Assembly (NCBI RefSeq): GCF_963676685.1
Contig: NC_092345.1
Location: 49,166,001 to 49,230,000, forward strand
Origin: Mytilus edulis
Taxonomy: Eukaryota
Length of the DNA stretch: 64,000 nt
Reading direction: 5' to 3'
The translations under genes and the position numbers were made by a program. The notes under the pieces are model-generated. The model did not search any database. It saw nothing but the letters and a program-made list of their open reading frames with translations, and was not told where the DNA came from. How positions within the stretch are numbered: position 1 is the stretch's first letter; every line of letters starts with the position of its first letter. Positions 1 to 12,722 of this stretch are shown in pieces.

Positions 1-475
1 AATTACCCCCACTTCTTTCATATTTGTAAATTTATGAAAGTTCAAAGGTTGAGATTTCACAAAACATGTTTAACCCCGCCACATATGTGCGCCTTTTACC
101 AAGTCAGGCCTTTGTTAGTCTTGTATGTTGGTTTTTTTTTCAATTTAGGTTCACTAATATGTTTCGGGGTTGAGTGTGAAGTCTTATTTCTCTGACCTGG
201 TCAACTTTTTTGTTTAGATGCCAGTTAAAGACCGCACCAGTTTTTGGGATTTCTCGCTGTATTAAAGGCCCATTGTGGCCTTGAGTTGTTTCTGTTATTT
301 GGTTGTAGTCTTTTTAAAGCATTCTCCGGTTCCATTCTCTATTTTATCAAAATTAAAATGTGTACATATTCACTGAAACTGACATTAAGTAATGGGAACT
401 GAATCAATTAAATGTTACACGTTCTAGTTACCCAATTTTAATATGAAACAGTCATTTTTATCTGAACACCTTTTA

Positions 476-975
476 GGGGGCATTAGCTACAATCTAGACA
501 AAAAAATAAAATATGATTCTTTTTTTTTTATTATTCAAGTATTAATAAATACAGATTTTTGAATTAAGATCTAGTTATTAGCGGTCAGTTTATTTCATTT
601 TTTTTTTCAAAATAAGCTAAAAGATATTCGCTGGTGTATTACTGACTTGCAAGTCAATAATCGTATCTTATTGAATCTGTACATATATCTACAAGTTTGT
701 TTGCCTTTGATATGAAATCAAACAGACCTAGAAAAATCATATTGCATTTGCACACTATCTTTCATAGTTATGTTCATATCGGATAACATGACCCTCTACA
801 GTCTTCAGAGGTCATCTTGATTGTTTATAAGTTGGTATATATTACCGAGTTCGTGCATTTCCAATTGTTTATTTAATACCTTTTTTGTACAATTGTATAT
901 AATGTTTATGATGTTAAAAATCCAGAATGAGAATAAGCCAAATTGGTGAACATTAACAGAACAGCTAATGTCCCT
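476..975. mobile_element. Kolobok-like MITE (degenerate)
   Basis: TTTA|GGGGGCATTAGCT ... AGCTAATGTCCCT|TTAA. Confidence 0.55.
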
Positions 976-2409
976 TTAAAAGACAGAACAATGTATTGTT
1001 AAGAAATTTTCAGTTTTCAGTCAATTTTTAGACTTATCCATTGCGGTAAATTCAGCACTGTTCAGATGATGTTAGGATCAAAATGACCTTTTCAAATTAA
1101 AAATCATTTACTAGAGCTCAGCGCGTGATACATGTATCTGATTAACAGATATTATTATACACGATAGAAATCTGTTAGTGTTCAAATATTTTTACAAGAC
1201 TAGAATTAATTTGATTTAAGATCAAAGTAAAACCAATTGGTAACGTTTAGTAGTTGTTATCAAACAATTCGTTTCTATGTATGTTATCGTTTGTTTTTGT
1301 TGCAGTTCGGTGATTCTTGTTGATCCGTTGTTTTCCTCTTACAGTTAATGTGTTACCCTCTGTTTTAGTCTGTTACCCGGATTTGTTTTTTCGCGTGATT
1401 GATTCATGATTATTGAACAGCGGTAAACAACTTTTGAACAGTTTGATTAAAATCAACTCTGATTATGAAAAAACAAATACGTACCAATAAAAATCGAGTA
1501 AATATGGTCTAACCCGGCAACCGAAACAGAAACATGAATGATACTGACAGAAAATCAAATAAGATGTTAAAATAAAGAAACTTAAGGTGTTTTCAAATCA
1601 TTTAATTGATTAAAAAACGACTCCAATCACGTTCAATATTGATATGCATTGAAAAGTTGAAAGTAAATTGGTGTGTGGTAAACATTCGGTATTTTTTTTT
1701 TACAATCACTTCTCACTCGATACTTTTTTCAATCATGTAATGCCCCCAACACATGATTTATCAGCTCGTTACTATGATATATGCATGGTAAACAAATGGG
1801 GACGTCAAAACATGAGGTTGGTGTTCAGAATTGTTTTTATAGCTATTTCTGTTCAAGGAGGAACAATCAGGCATTGGTACAATTGCACGAATTTATTTTG
1901 GTTTATCTTATAATATTATTGCAAAAGTAACCATCAATCATTAAGGACTTAACACTTGAGGTGATATGCCCCCAGAGACAAACAGAAAGTGAAAAAATGA
2001 AATGCATGCTAAAACCCTAAATGGAAGAGTCGTCTCATTAATCATGAGTGTCAAGTGAAAAGGCTTGTACTCCTAAAATAGTGCATTGAAAAGACAAATA
2101 TATACCGCATCGCCATGATGATTAAACAATTTCATATATATGGTTTAACAACTCTTTGACTTTGCATTTAACTTATTTGTTTAAGAAGTTATCTATATGT
2201 CGCCTTATTAGTTTTTCGTGTCATTGTCAAACATGACATAGATGTTATATCAATTTATGTCTTTCTCGATATTTGCTGTGAACCATATTACTATGGTCAC
2301 TCTTAAATATTATTAACTTTTCAAACTTCACTTTGAATTTTATTCACCTTGAATAATTTGATATGCACAGTCAATAATTTAACATTAGTATCAATAAAAC
2401 AGAAAGTAA

Positions 2410-2563
2410 TATAAAAAAGAAGATGTGGTATGATTGCCAATGAGACAACTATCCACAAAAGACCAAAATGACACAGACATTAATAACTATAGGTCACCGT
2501 ACGGCCTTCAACAATGAGCAAAGCCCATACCGCATAGTCAGCTATAATAGGCCCAGATAAGAC
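2410..2563 (-). repeat. Dispersed repeat family A copy
   Basis: Near-perfect reverse complement of 8352-8507. Confidence 0.8.
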
Positions 2564-4039
2564 TTTGTTTATATGTTTCTATATGCAGCTGACACAATTT
2601 TAACGTTATATAATCAAAATTGCATTACGAATTAAAAAGAACAAAAACATTCAGCTTAGGACGCATTCTCTGAAGAAAATTATTCTTTTTATATATATTT
2701 CATTTGAAAAACATTTACAGACATTACTTTGTACTTTTTGAAAATGTCATTTTTAGGGGTCTTTACTCGCTCTAAAATAATTTCATGTGGGTCGAATGTG
2801 TGAATCGGGATCAACTATTCCTCCGTAAAATGTGTGTGTTTTTTTTTTTTTAACTTTTTGGTGCAAAATTGGGTGCACCTATTTGGTATTCAAGAATGTT
2901 CAGATATCACAGATTGCACCTTTAAACGGTAAAAGATCAAATTTACGAGCGAGTGTTATGTTCTTCTGAATTATTTTTTTCCCTCAATTGCGTCAAATAG
3001 TTGTTAAAAACTTCTACGTACTGATAAAATATATTTTGATCAGGAACACATGATACGTGCGATTGACAATACTAAATTCCGCGGTCAAAATGGTTTAAAA
3101 TAATGTGTAAAAAATGAAGGTACGAAAAGGCAATATATGACCTTCTTTGTTTTCATTTTGAATAAGCCTAACGCAAAGCTCTGATTCCGTGCCCAACTTT
3201 GGTTATGCCTTTTGTCCTTTAAGTGTACAAACTCCACATTTTTTTAAAGTTTGCTTTGATCATCAATTGGGGCAAAATAGCATTTAATAAACAAGTTTTG
3301 TCCGCCCCATTCATTAGATTTAATCGATGGCTATGGGTATGGCTTATGAATTGATTCCAAGACGCATTTGTCTAAATATGAAGATGTGGCATGATTGCAA
3401 CGAGACAACTCTCGCAAACAGTCGCAACGATTTAGATTTGAGCGCTTGTATGTCTATGTACGGTCTTCAACAATGTGCAAAACCCATACCGCATAGTAGG
3501 CTATAAAATTTACCCGAAATTACAAATGTAAAACCATTCAAACGAGAAACTTACGGCCTGATTTATGTACAAAACAATAAACGAAAAACACATATGATTT
3601 ACAAGAACAAACGACAACCACTTAATCACAGGCTCCTGCACTTGGACAGGCACATATAGTATGCCAAACTTATCTCTTTACACCAGACGGTGCTACAAAC
3701 AGTAAAATAACAAAGATACTCCGAGAAAAAATCAAAACGGAAAGTCCGTAATCAAATTGCAAAAACAGCACAACATTAAAATAAACTATAAAAATCAGTC
3801 GAAAAGGGGCTCAAGTCATCAGATTGATACAAAGCACAAAACAAACACAAAAGACACAAAATGTAGATCTTTAGAGTACTCGCAATTCCCTATAGCTAAT
3901 GCTAAACCAGTCACAACTCATTATCAAAGAATAAAATATCAAGCAGTATACATTCTATGGATTGAGTGTAAACACATCATTAACCAACTGAGAAAAAAAC
4001 ATGATGTTATGCCGTTTTTTTGAGTCAATCAATGTATGA

Positions 4040-4466
4040 AACTAGATGTGTCAAAGCGACACGAATGGCCATGTCTCAAAAAGTTTATAAAATCTGCAAT
4101 TTCAATAACACATGTTGACACAAACATGATGGTAGTCTCACATATCAAAAATCAGCCCAATATCTGAAAGCGTTTAGAAAAAAAGTCTGTATAACTGTGA
4201 TTTTCAACAATTTATCAAAGCACAAAGCCCGTAATTTCGGCAAAAATTAGCGGAGCGAAACGTAACTTAAACTTGATCTATAACTCATCATGATTAACTC
4301 ACATACCAAAAATCAGCCCAATATCTGAAGTCGTTTAGATAAAAACTCCATATAACGGTTTGTGGCGGAATGACGGAATGACGGAATTTCGGAATTACGG
4401 AATTTCAGAATTACGAACAAGGGTAAAACTACATGGCAACGAAAACTTCGTTGCGGGGCCATTAAA
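4040..4466 (-). mobile_element. Second HINE-like family element
   Basis: AACTAG end with hairpin GTGTC-AAAGC-GACAC, ~167-bp internal repeat (CATAYCAAAAATCAGCCCAATATCTGAA x2), (ACGGAAT)n microsatellite, hairpin GCAACGAA..TTCGTTGC, A-rich end. Confidence 0.7.
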
Positions 4467-4484
4467 ATAAAAAATTTAGTTGAT

Positions 4485-4670
4485 TTAATTTATGTGTTTT
4501 AACGCCACTGTTAAGCACCGCATTTTAGGTCAGTTTTTATTGGTGGAGAAAACCACCGACGATTGGAGACCAGTGCAACCGAACGAGCGGATTTCGAACT
4601 CACAATCTCAGTGTTGACCGGCTAGTGATAACAGTAGTTACTACTTAGACCACTCGGCCACGGAGGCTCC
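4485..4670 (-). mobile_element. tRNA-derived SINE with V-type domain (internally deleted)
   Basis: GGAGCCTCCGTGGCCGAGTGGTCTAAG (A box), GAGTTCGAAAT (B box), GTCGGTGGTTTTCTCCACCAATAAAAACTGAC, GTGGCGTTAAAACAC. Related copies at ~6580-6660, ~28615-28740 and ~40820-41022. Confidence 0.7.
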
Positions 4671-5886
4671 TAGAAATTAAGGAGTCACGACTTACCTTTA
4701 AAAGTAATTATGTCGTCCAAGTTAAATAGCTTTCATTAATTGATTGAGTGTAATCTGATGAACGCCTTGCACACTCTTCTTACATTTCCATTCAACAATA
4801 TGTTCTACAATTAAGTCAGTTGGGATAAAGTAAAATCACAAAAATACTGAACTTAGAGGAAGATCAATTGGGAAAGTCCATAATCACACGGCAAAATCAA
4901 ATAACAAAACGCATCAAAAACGAACGGACAAACACTGTCATATTCCTGACTTGGTACAGGCATTTTCAAATGTAGAAAATGGTGGATTAAACCTGGTTCT
5001 ATAGCGCTAACCCTCTCACTTGAAAAGGCTTGAATTGTATCTCGCCTTGGATAACAAAAAAAATTATTTTACGAGAATTATTTGTAAAAAATAGCAAATT
5101 GTTATCAAAGGTACCAGGCTTATAATTTGATACGCCAAAAACAACATATCATTTAAAAATCAGTTCGAAAGGGCTCAACTAGTCAGACCGATACAAAGCA
5201 CAAATAAACACAAAATACACAAAATACAGATCTTAGAGTACTCGTAGTTACCTAAAGCTAATTCAAAGCCAGTCACAACTCATTATCTAAGACTCAAATA
5301 GCAATCAGTATACATCCTATGTATTTAGTTTGACCATATCTTTTACCAACTGATGAAATAACCATGATGTTGTGTCGTCCAAGTAAAATAACTTTTCATT
5401 AATTGATTGAGTGTAGTCTGATGAACACCCTGCGCACGCTTCTTACATTTCCATTCAACAATAGGTTCTATGTTATGTCATGTGTACTATTGTTTGTCTG
5501 TTTGTCCTTTTCATTTTTAGCAATGTCGTTGTCAGTTTATGTCAGGAAAAAAATGGTGGGTTGAAGTTTGTTTTATGGCCATCCAAACCTCCCGCTTATA
5601 TGGCAATTTATAAAAATACCGATAAAATGACTACACTTCGTGACAGGAATTTGGTACAAACAAACACAAGAACACTTAGCGCAGAAAAATACATAAATAA
5701 ATGATATAATAGTACATTACAAAATGTGAACAGCGAAATAACAATGTACACCTCCCATGAATTTACGACAGCACACAAGAAATCATAAACGAAATAACAA
5801 CTGCGCGTCACACGAACGGATTAACGTAACAAAAAGTGATAACTCAATAGATGCCCAGTCATATTTGAACGCTCCTATTTGCTATA

Positions 5887-6039
5887 ATGTGTGTGTTACA
5901 TTTTAACGTTGTGTTTCTGTTGTGTCGTAGTTCTCTTATATTTGATGCGTTTCCCTCAGTTTTAGTTTGTAACCCGGATTTGTTTTTTTCTCAATCGATT
6001 TATGAATTTCGAACAGCGGTATACTACTGTTGCCTTTAT
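5887..6039 (+). repeat. Dispersed repeat family D (3' terminus shared with the PLE at 16266-17945)
   Basis: ...CCCTCAGTTTTAGTTTGTAACCCGG...GAACAGCGGTATACTACTGTTGCCTTTA. Copies at 1285-1435, 9425-9640, 14100-14185 and 25500-25530. Confidence 0.75.
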
Positions 6040-8318
6040 CTATACAAGTATTATGTTTCGATTATCAAAAATTATTTATACTAAAACGAAATGAAGGTGT
6101 GTGAATGAGACTAGCATTCTTAGTAATTCCTTGTAATTGAATGTGCTATTTAATACTGAAAGAGTTATTGTAAGGGCTTTAAAGAGGGTGAACCGTAAGG
6201 AAGCAAATTCTTTCACGTACTGAATGTCAAAATACTTAAATTTTATGCATTCAAAAAATATGTGTTTTATAAGTACAGAGTATGCGAATATATACTACCT
6301 TCGTTTGTCTGTATAATTGAAACCATATTCATACATATCAACTGGTTAATTGCATATGATCGGTGTCGATGAACGAGGTAAATAATGTCAAAATTTTGAA
6401 CTTTTTCACTTGATAAACAAAAAATTCCCTGAAAATTGGTTAACCAGGAGAATTACCGACAAAATTGAACGGGATGATTGAATGGGTGAGTATTGGTATG
6501 TAATTCTACCTTCAGAAATCTTGACCTTATTGTGAAACCGGGTTCTTATTGGGCGAATTCTTCACCTGCCACCAGCAGGCTTCGAACTAACAACTTAAAA
6601 GTGTTATCAGGCTAGTGATCGCTGTAGATGAACTTCTTATACAGCTCGGCAACCGAGGACACAGACAACGAAATGACTTCACTTAAACTATATTCTATTA
6701 CCGGAATTCGGAAACTCGGCTTTAGTTGTAATATAAATTTTAGAGTGGAGAAATAAAATAAATCTTATCAAACAATAAAAAATACTTTCAAGTTGCCTTG
6801 CAATACTAAAACTTAAAATATATACTAATACCTTACCTTTTGTTCGCACCTCTGCTAGGTTAAAAAAAAAAAGGTTCAGCTCTGACTACTTAAAGTCTGG
6901 AATTGACGCTGTATTGGCGTTTATTTAATATAATCCTGAAACATGTCAAAAGTTATAAAATATGGCTTTGTTTACATAACTGACGATTCAATTTAATTAC
7001 CTATTTCTCTAAACGTTGATAACATTCACAAAATTTGAAACCAATCAAATTAATTTCACTTTGAGATGACAGGTAGAGTTGATAAAGTCATTTATTGACT
7101 TGATGGGGGTTAAATAATCACAAATAACATAAATGTATGTGTGGAAATTTATTGAAGGCATACTAGGCTGTAAAAAAAATGTATCAACCCACCGGATATT
7201 ATTTATTCAGTTGGCATTTTTTTATTTTATAAGAGTGCATTCCTTTTGTTATAATTTTAAACAACGTGAAAATGCATTTGTAATCTTAACCGTACTAAAC
7301 GAAGAAGTTTTGAAATTTAGTATGAATCGGTTTGGCAATAAAATCTACATGAAACAGACTTGTTTTCCCTGTATGGTATATTCATTTGCTTACAACGAAT
7401 TTGCTTATTTATTTTTATATATCAAAATATGATACATATACTAGTAACGATAATTCCAACGTCAGCACACAAAATTAATCTGTTCACTAATAACCAGCCT
7501 TTTGCCTAAATGACATACAAACATAACTTTCTTTGAATGACTGGTGTTTAAATAATTTTTGAACAAATACTTTATAAGCATAACGTCATAGTGCCCAATT
7601 TGCATCCATATAAATCATTTAAAAAAAGCCAATGAAATGTTATAGGTTTTTTAAGAACAATTCGTATAATTCATAATACGTTTTTCAACATATAAATTTA
7701 TTGAAAATAAAAACATTTTTGTCAGCAAGTTCAGATAATCATTGAGGATTAAGTAATATCTACTGTGTAGTAATTTTATCTGGGGATTAGCTATCTGGGG
7801 TCTAGGGCAGTATTGTACATCATGAGTGTAGACACTTTATCTCCCGCCTGAGGCCAAGGTGTGCTATAGTCAAATAAGGAAATGGATTAGCCAGTTTTTG
7901 GGAGGGACAATTAAGATCAGATTATTTTGCTTGAACTTGGAACTGCAGCCATTCAGTTAATTTCTCTGAATGAAGAAACATCATCTATTTGAAACTTGGA
8001 AAATATTTTGTAACTTTTTGCAAAAACCCACCCATCTTCCATCCAATTTTAATGACAGTTTTAATCATTATTTTTTAATGTTATTATTTTATCATCTTAA
8101 GATACGGGATGTGTGATGCTTCACAAAATTATTTTTATTTTATTCATAGTAGTATTTTACTATTTGTTACTGTAATGTATGATATACTGGTTGGGGCATT
8201 TTCTTAACCCCACCTTTGCTTTTTAATATCCTTGTCATTTATTTGCTACTATTGATATTGTTGATATGTCATTCTCAATTAATTATAAATTTTGAATAAA
8301 TGACATTTTGCTCAACTT

Positions 8319-8507
8319 GGCATTAGTTTTCTCGTTTGAATTATTTTACATTGTCTTATCGAGGCCTTTTATAGCTGACTATGTGGTATGGGCTTTGCTC
8401 ATTGTTGGAGGCCGTACGGTGACCTATAGTTGTTAATGTCTGTGTCATTTTGGTCTTTTGTGGATAGTTGTCTCATTGGCAATCATACCACATCTTCTTT
8501 TTTATAT
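8319..8507 (+). repeat. Dispersed repeat family A (3' terminus shared with the PLE at 9870-11522)
   Basis: ...GGCCGTACGGTGACCTATAGTTG...GTTGTCTCATTGGCAATCATACCACATCTTCTTTT. Copies at 2410-2563 (inverted, near-identical), 3378-3660, 22730-23005, 30040-30280, 44525-44600 and 48565-48620. Confidence 0.8.
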
Positions 8508-8651
8508 TGGCTAAATATATTTAAAAATACACAAAACGGTCACATTATGAATGGGTTTTATGAAGATGAACTACTTAGACATCTCGGACAACGATGACAG
8601 CGACAACGAATGACATCACATACACTCTATTCTATTGCCGGAATTCAGAAA

Positions 8652-9231
8652 GGAGTAGGTCCGGTAAGGGCCGATTTAGGCCTCAAATTTCAGGTTCATT
8701 TAACAAAAGATTTTGGGCACTTTTTAAACAGTTAAGTGTCTATTTCAATTGATTCAGTTAGTTTATGTGAAAGATTTTAACTGATTGAGTCATTAAAAAC
8801 GCTCCGATTCAAGCTTAAATATCATGGAAAATCTATCAAATATGCAAAAAAAGTCACTTTCATATAGTTTTTGTCAAAAATGAAAGTGGCCGCATCCGTG
8901 TTCATCCTTAATTTTTATATAATGTTATGTATTATCATCAAATACAACTTATATTTCAATATTAAGAATGAACAAGAATGCGGCCACTTTCATTTAAGAC
9001 GAAAACCGTCTAAAATTTGACGTAAATGCTCAAATTGTGACGATTACAGTAATTTAGCATGGCTTAAGGATGCTAGTTCCCGATATATGTGCATCGCATG
9101 GTTGAAAACAGCCCATATTTATGTAGCAAAAGCATTCTACTCTCCAATAGATAACTAAAAGTTTACATTTTAATAATTTTGTAAAACTGCTTTATTTTGG
9201 GGCCAAAAAGGGGTCTTACTGGACCTACTCC
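8652..9231. mobile_element. Spy-like MITE (inserted in AAA|TTT, no TSD)
   Basis: TIRs GGAGTAGGTCCGGTAAG / CTTACTGGACCTACTCC flanked by AAA and TTT; internal IR AATGAAAGTGGCCGCAT / ATGCGGCCACTTTCATT. Confidence 0.75.
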
Positions 9232-9869
9232 TTTGGCTTTAGCTATAGTATTACACACCTGTTAACTTCAAAGGTGGGGAAATGAAATACAACTTAACAA
9301 AGCGCTAACCATATGACCCATAACTTGACACTTTGTCTGAATGGATGAAAGCTTTTCGACCATGTTAGAAAAGTATTCAGAAACTACGTTGTATTATGGG
9401 CACATGGGTTTCTGAATAAAGACAAAAGTGATATACCGCTGTTCAATTTTCATAATTCGATTTAACTGGGGAAAAAATTGCGTCACAACCAAAACTGGGG
9501 GAAACACTGTTCAAACACATCAACTATAAGAGAAAACAAAACGAAACAAAATAAAACACTGGACTGCTTCAAAAACAAACATTTACATAACATAGAGACA
9601 GACTATGTGATAACAACTGCCACATGCCTGACTTGGTACAGAATCCTATTATATTTCTAGTCCATTCAATAACCAGAAAATTGTGGATTCTTTATCCCCT
9701 TTGCATAACAAATATGCTGTTGGTCCAACAGATTTAGTCTCCATTAAATATGTCTACTGATGTAAAAACTATTACTTGGAATGCAGCTGACAAAATCTAC
9801 TGGTCCGACGCAAATTCTACTGGTCTCGGACCACCAGAACAGCCTAATTTCGACACCTGGTGGAATGTT

Positions 9870-11522
9870 TCACAAAAGAACATCATTAACAAAGAATGAA
9901 ATTTCCAAAATCACAAATCTGTCCTTCTTTCTTTTGGTATTAACATCAAAGAAAAAGAAGAAAATCTACCGTCATTAAACTGGATACCAAAAATGCACAC
10001 CTTATAAGGAACGATACATAGCTGGATAGTTTAATATCTTTCTTTAATGCTGACTACTATTCTTTCTACAGTAAAATCTGTACCTGTAGAAAACTTATCG
10101 AAAATGGTATTTTACATCCTAAATTTTACGATAATATTGTACTTAAAGCGCGGAAATTACTATGTGATCCGTGTAAACTCATCGAACCTTTAAACAAACT
10201 TATTAGTGAGGGTTATCGTACCAATATTGTAATTAGATCTCTGAATATAGTTTACATTGGCACTAATATCGATTCAGTCATTAGCAAATTAAAACATAAC
10301 TAAATTGTATTTTCTTTGCAAGCGGGATCATATAGAGACACACACACGTTAAGTTTTATCTCTAAAGAATTCGCTCCTCACTATCCTGCTACCTGTCGAT
10401 ACATTTGTTTTTGGCATTGCACAAGTGATGTTTTCTCTGACTGTTCATGACGTTAAAATACTAAATCCCTGGGATGTGTTTTCGTTGATTTTAGTCTCTG
10501 ATGCATGATTTTTATTATTAATTGTTTTGGCTTTTAACTAGCTTTCAGTAACTGCGAGTACTCTCAAATCTTACTTTCTTGTTAATTTGACCTGTTGATA
10601 CTATTTGTAATGCTTTTTTGTTATTTTTTTTTTATTAATATGGATCTTGTCTATATTACAGCTTTGATTATTTGGAATATCTACTAATTTTCACTTCTTC
10701 GTACTATGAACATCAAAATTATTCATTTTTTTTTTAATCTGTACAGAAAGTTCTATCTAGCTCTAATTGTATAGTTTTATTGTTGATATTCACCCATATG
10801 TACCAAATTTTAGATTATGTTTATTTATATTACAGAACTTTCTTGGTATTCCCAATAGGAAGATTTGGTATACACAACGACAAAATTATTTTTATTTACC
10901 TGTGTAAAATATGAAACCGGTTTATTTCAAAAGTGAGGATTTTGTACAAGTTGTTAAATTTTCACAGTTGTATCTTACCATAGCTTTGTTTAAACTTGTT
11001 TATTTACTTTTGACCTTAAATATTTATCCTTAATAACTTTATTAACTATGTATTTGCATTCAGGCATCGCAGATCAAATGTATTCGTTCACATTGTGTTA
11101 ATTAACGTTTTTTGATTGAGTTAAGCCTTCCAATTGATATTATTTTATCGTGTGTTTATCTATGTTGTGATGTTATACTATTGTCTAAAAAAAGGGAGAA
11201 GGTTTGGTACCATTAAAACATCTTATCCTGCTGCAAATGTTTGCACCTGTGCTAAGTCAGGAATCTGATGAACAGTAGTTGTCGTTTGTTTATGTAATTT
11301 ATACGTGTTTCTCGTTTCTCGTTTTTTTATATAGATTAGACCGTTGGTTTTCCCGTTTGAATGGTTTTATACTAGTAATTTTGGGGCCCTTTATAGCTTG
11401 TTGTTTGGTGTGAGCCAAGGCTCTGTGTTGAAGGCCGTACCTTGACCTATAATGGTTTAATTTTATAAATTGTTATTTGGATGGAGAGTTGTCTCATTGG
11501 CAGTCACACCACATCTTCCTAT
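9870..11522 (+). mobile_element. Internally deleted Penelope-like retroelement (Naiad-type) with intact 3' UTR/terminus
   Basis: Frameshifted RT N-part (TKNEI.NHKSVLLSFGINIKEKEENLPSLNWIPKMH.PYKERYIAG) joins at ~10081 directly to the C-terminal TCRKLIENGILHPKFY...PLNKLISEGY...HN* (stop 10301-10303). No C-terminal GIY-YIG. Ends in GTTGTCTCATTGGCA..ACCACATCTTC. Confidence 0.8.
10439..10496 (+). promoter_or_regulatory. Type II SECIS-like element in the 3' UTR of a Penelope-like element
   Basis: Helix I GACTG/TAGTC. Core ATGAC (10447) / TGAT (10486). 10-position helix II GTTAAAATAC/GTGTTTTCGT. AAA 12 nt after ATGA. Mini-stem TCC/GGA. Confidence 0.7.
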
Positions 11523-11584
11523 TTTTATTCAATAGTAGTGCGATGAAATGTATTCAACCAGTGGTGTCAATTAGATGTGGATTC

Positions 11585-12640
11585 TAAAAAAATTGTAAAG
11601 ATCTACTGATACATCTAAGATCACAATCTCTGCAATTTTGCAGCAACTTTAAAACCTTTTTTACGCTTTTCACTGCTATCCCCATGCTCAATTGAAAGAT
11701 CAACTTTCCAATCTCATCAAACAGATTTTTTTCTATAAAAATGGGAATCGTAGATTTGAATTTCTTGTTTTTGGTCATGATAATTTTTATTTTGTGAACT
11801 TTCAGAAAATATGCTGGAGATGATAATATCAAAATGTTGAATTTTTGTATCGATAATGTTTGGTTTGTATCGACAATGTTTGGAGGATCGATATTTCACC
11901 AGACAGTCAGTATTCCAATGGTTACTAATTGTGCAACACTACTGTCCGACTTGTTTTTGTAATCGTATGAAGCAGCCTTCATTCAGAACCATATAAAGGA
12001 CGAAAAGAAAAAGCACCTTGCAAAATTCTTTAATTTTAATTTTAGATATATTAATGATGTTCCACCACTAAATACACATATTTCAGTCAGTACTTACATC
12101 TTATATATATCCCAGTGAACTTGAAATTAAGGATACTACTTATACTAGAAGGACTGCTTCATACCTTAATCATTTCCTCAAAATTGACACAGATGGACGA
12201 CTTCACACTAAATGACAAAGGGGACAATTTCAAATTCCTAATTATTCCTAATTAACATACCTCCAGCTCCGTCTTATGGTGTTAACATATCTCAGCTGAT
12301 GCGTTATGCTTGGGCTTGTCACACTATAAGGACTTCAGTTACAGGAGCTCAGTGCTCCTTATGCAGACACTGCTTCACAAAGTAATGAGGTGGAAAAATA
12401 AAAAAAATACACTCCATAACCTCCATGGACACCATTACGAAATGGTTGATCTGTACGATGTGTCTGTGTCTAAACTAGCTTACGATATTTTTACCAAGTC
12501 TTATATTCTGGTTTACCATCTAAGTCGTCTGACCTGCGAAGTACCGAAAGTGAAATAATCCCGAATATGACTGTCTTCCCCAGTGTGAATTCACATTGCT
12601 AGTAGACGTGTCTCAGTATTTATACATCCAACAATTATGT
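11585..12640 (+). mobile_element. Decayed Penelope-like element reverse transcriptase fragment
   Basis: IPHAQLK, FGGSIFHQTVSIPMVTNCATLLSDLFL*SYE, FRYINDV (from YIDD), IYPSELEIKDTT, APSYGVNISQLMRYAWAC; multiple stops and frameshifts. A matching 3' terminus resumes at ~14100-14185 after the HINE insertion. Confidence 0.88.
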
Positions 12641-12722
12641 ACAAATGTATATAGTTATGATGTTTCGTTTGTAATTATGGTTTGGTATTGAGTTATGTCA
12701 TTTCGTTTGTGGTTTGATTTTT

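Noticed and set aside
7780-8040. Possible decayed LINE (L1/Tx1-like) ORF2 C-terminus
   Set aside because: Coding-like composition but too degraded to assign by eye.
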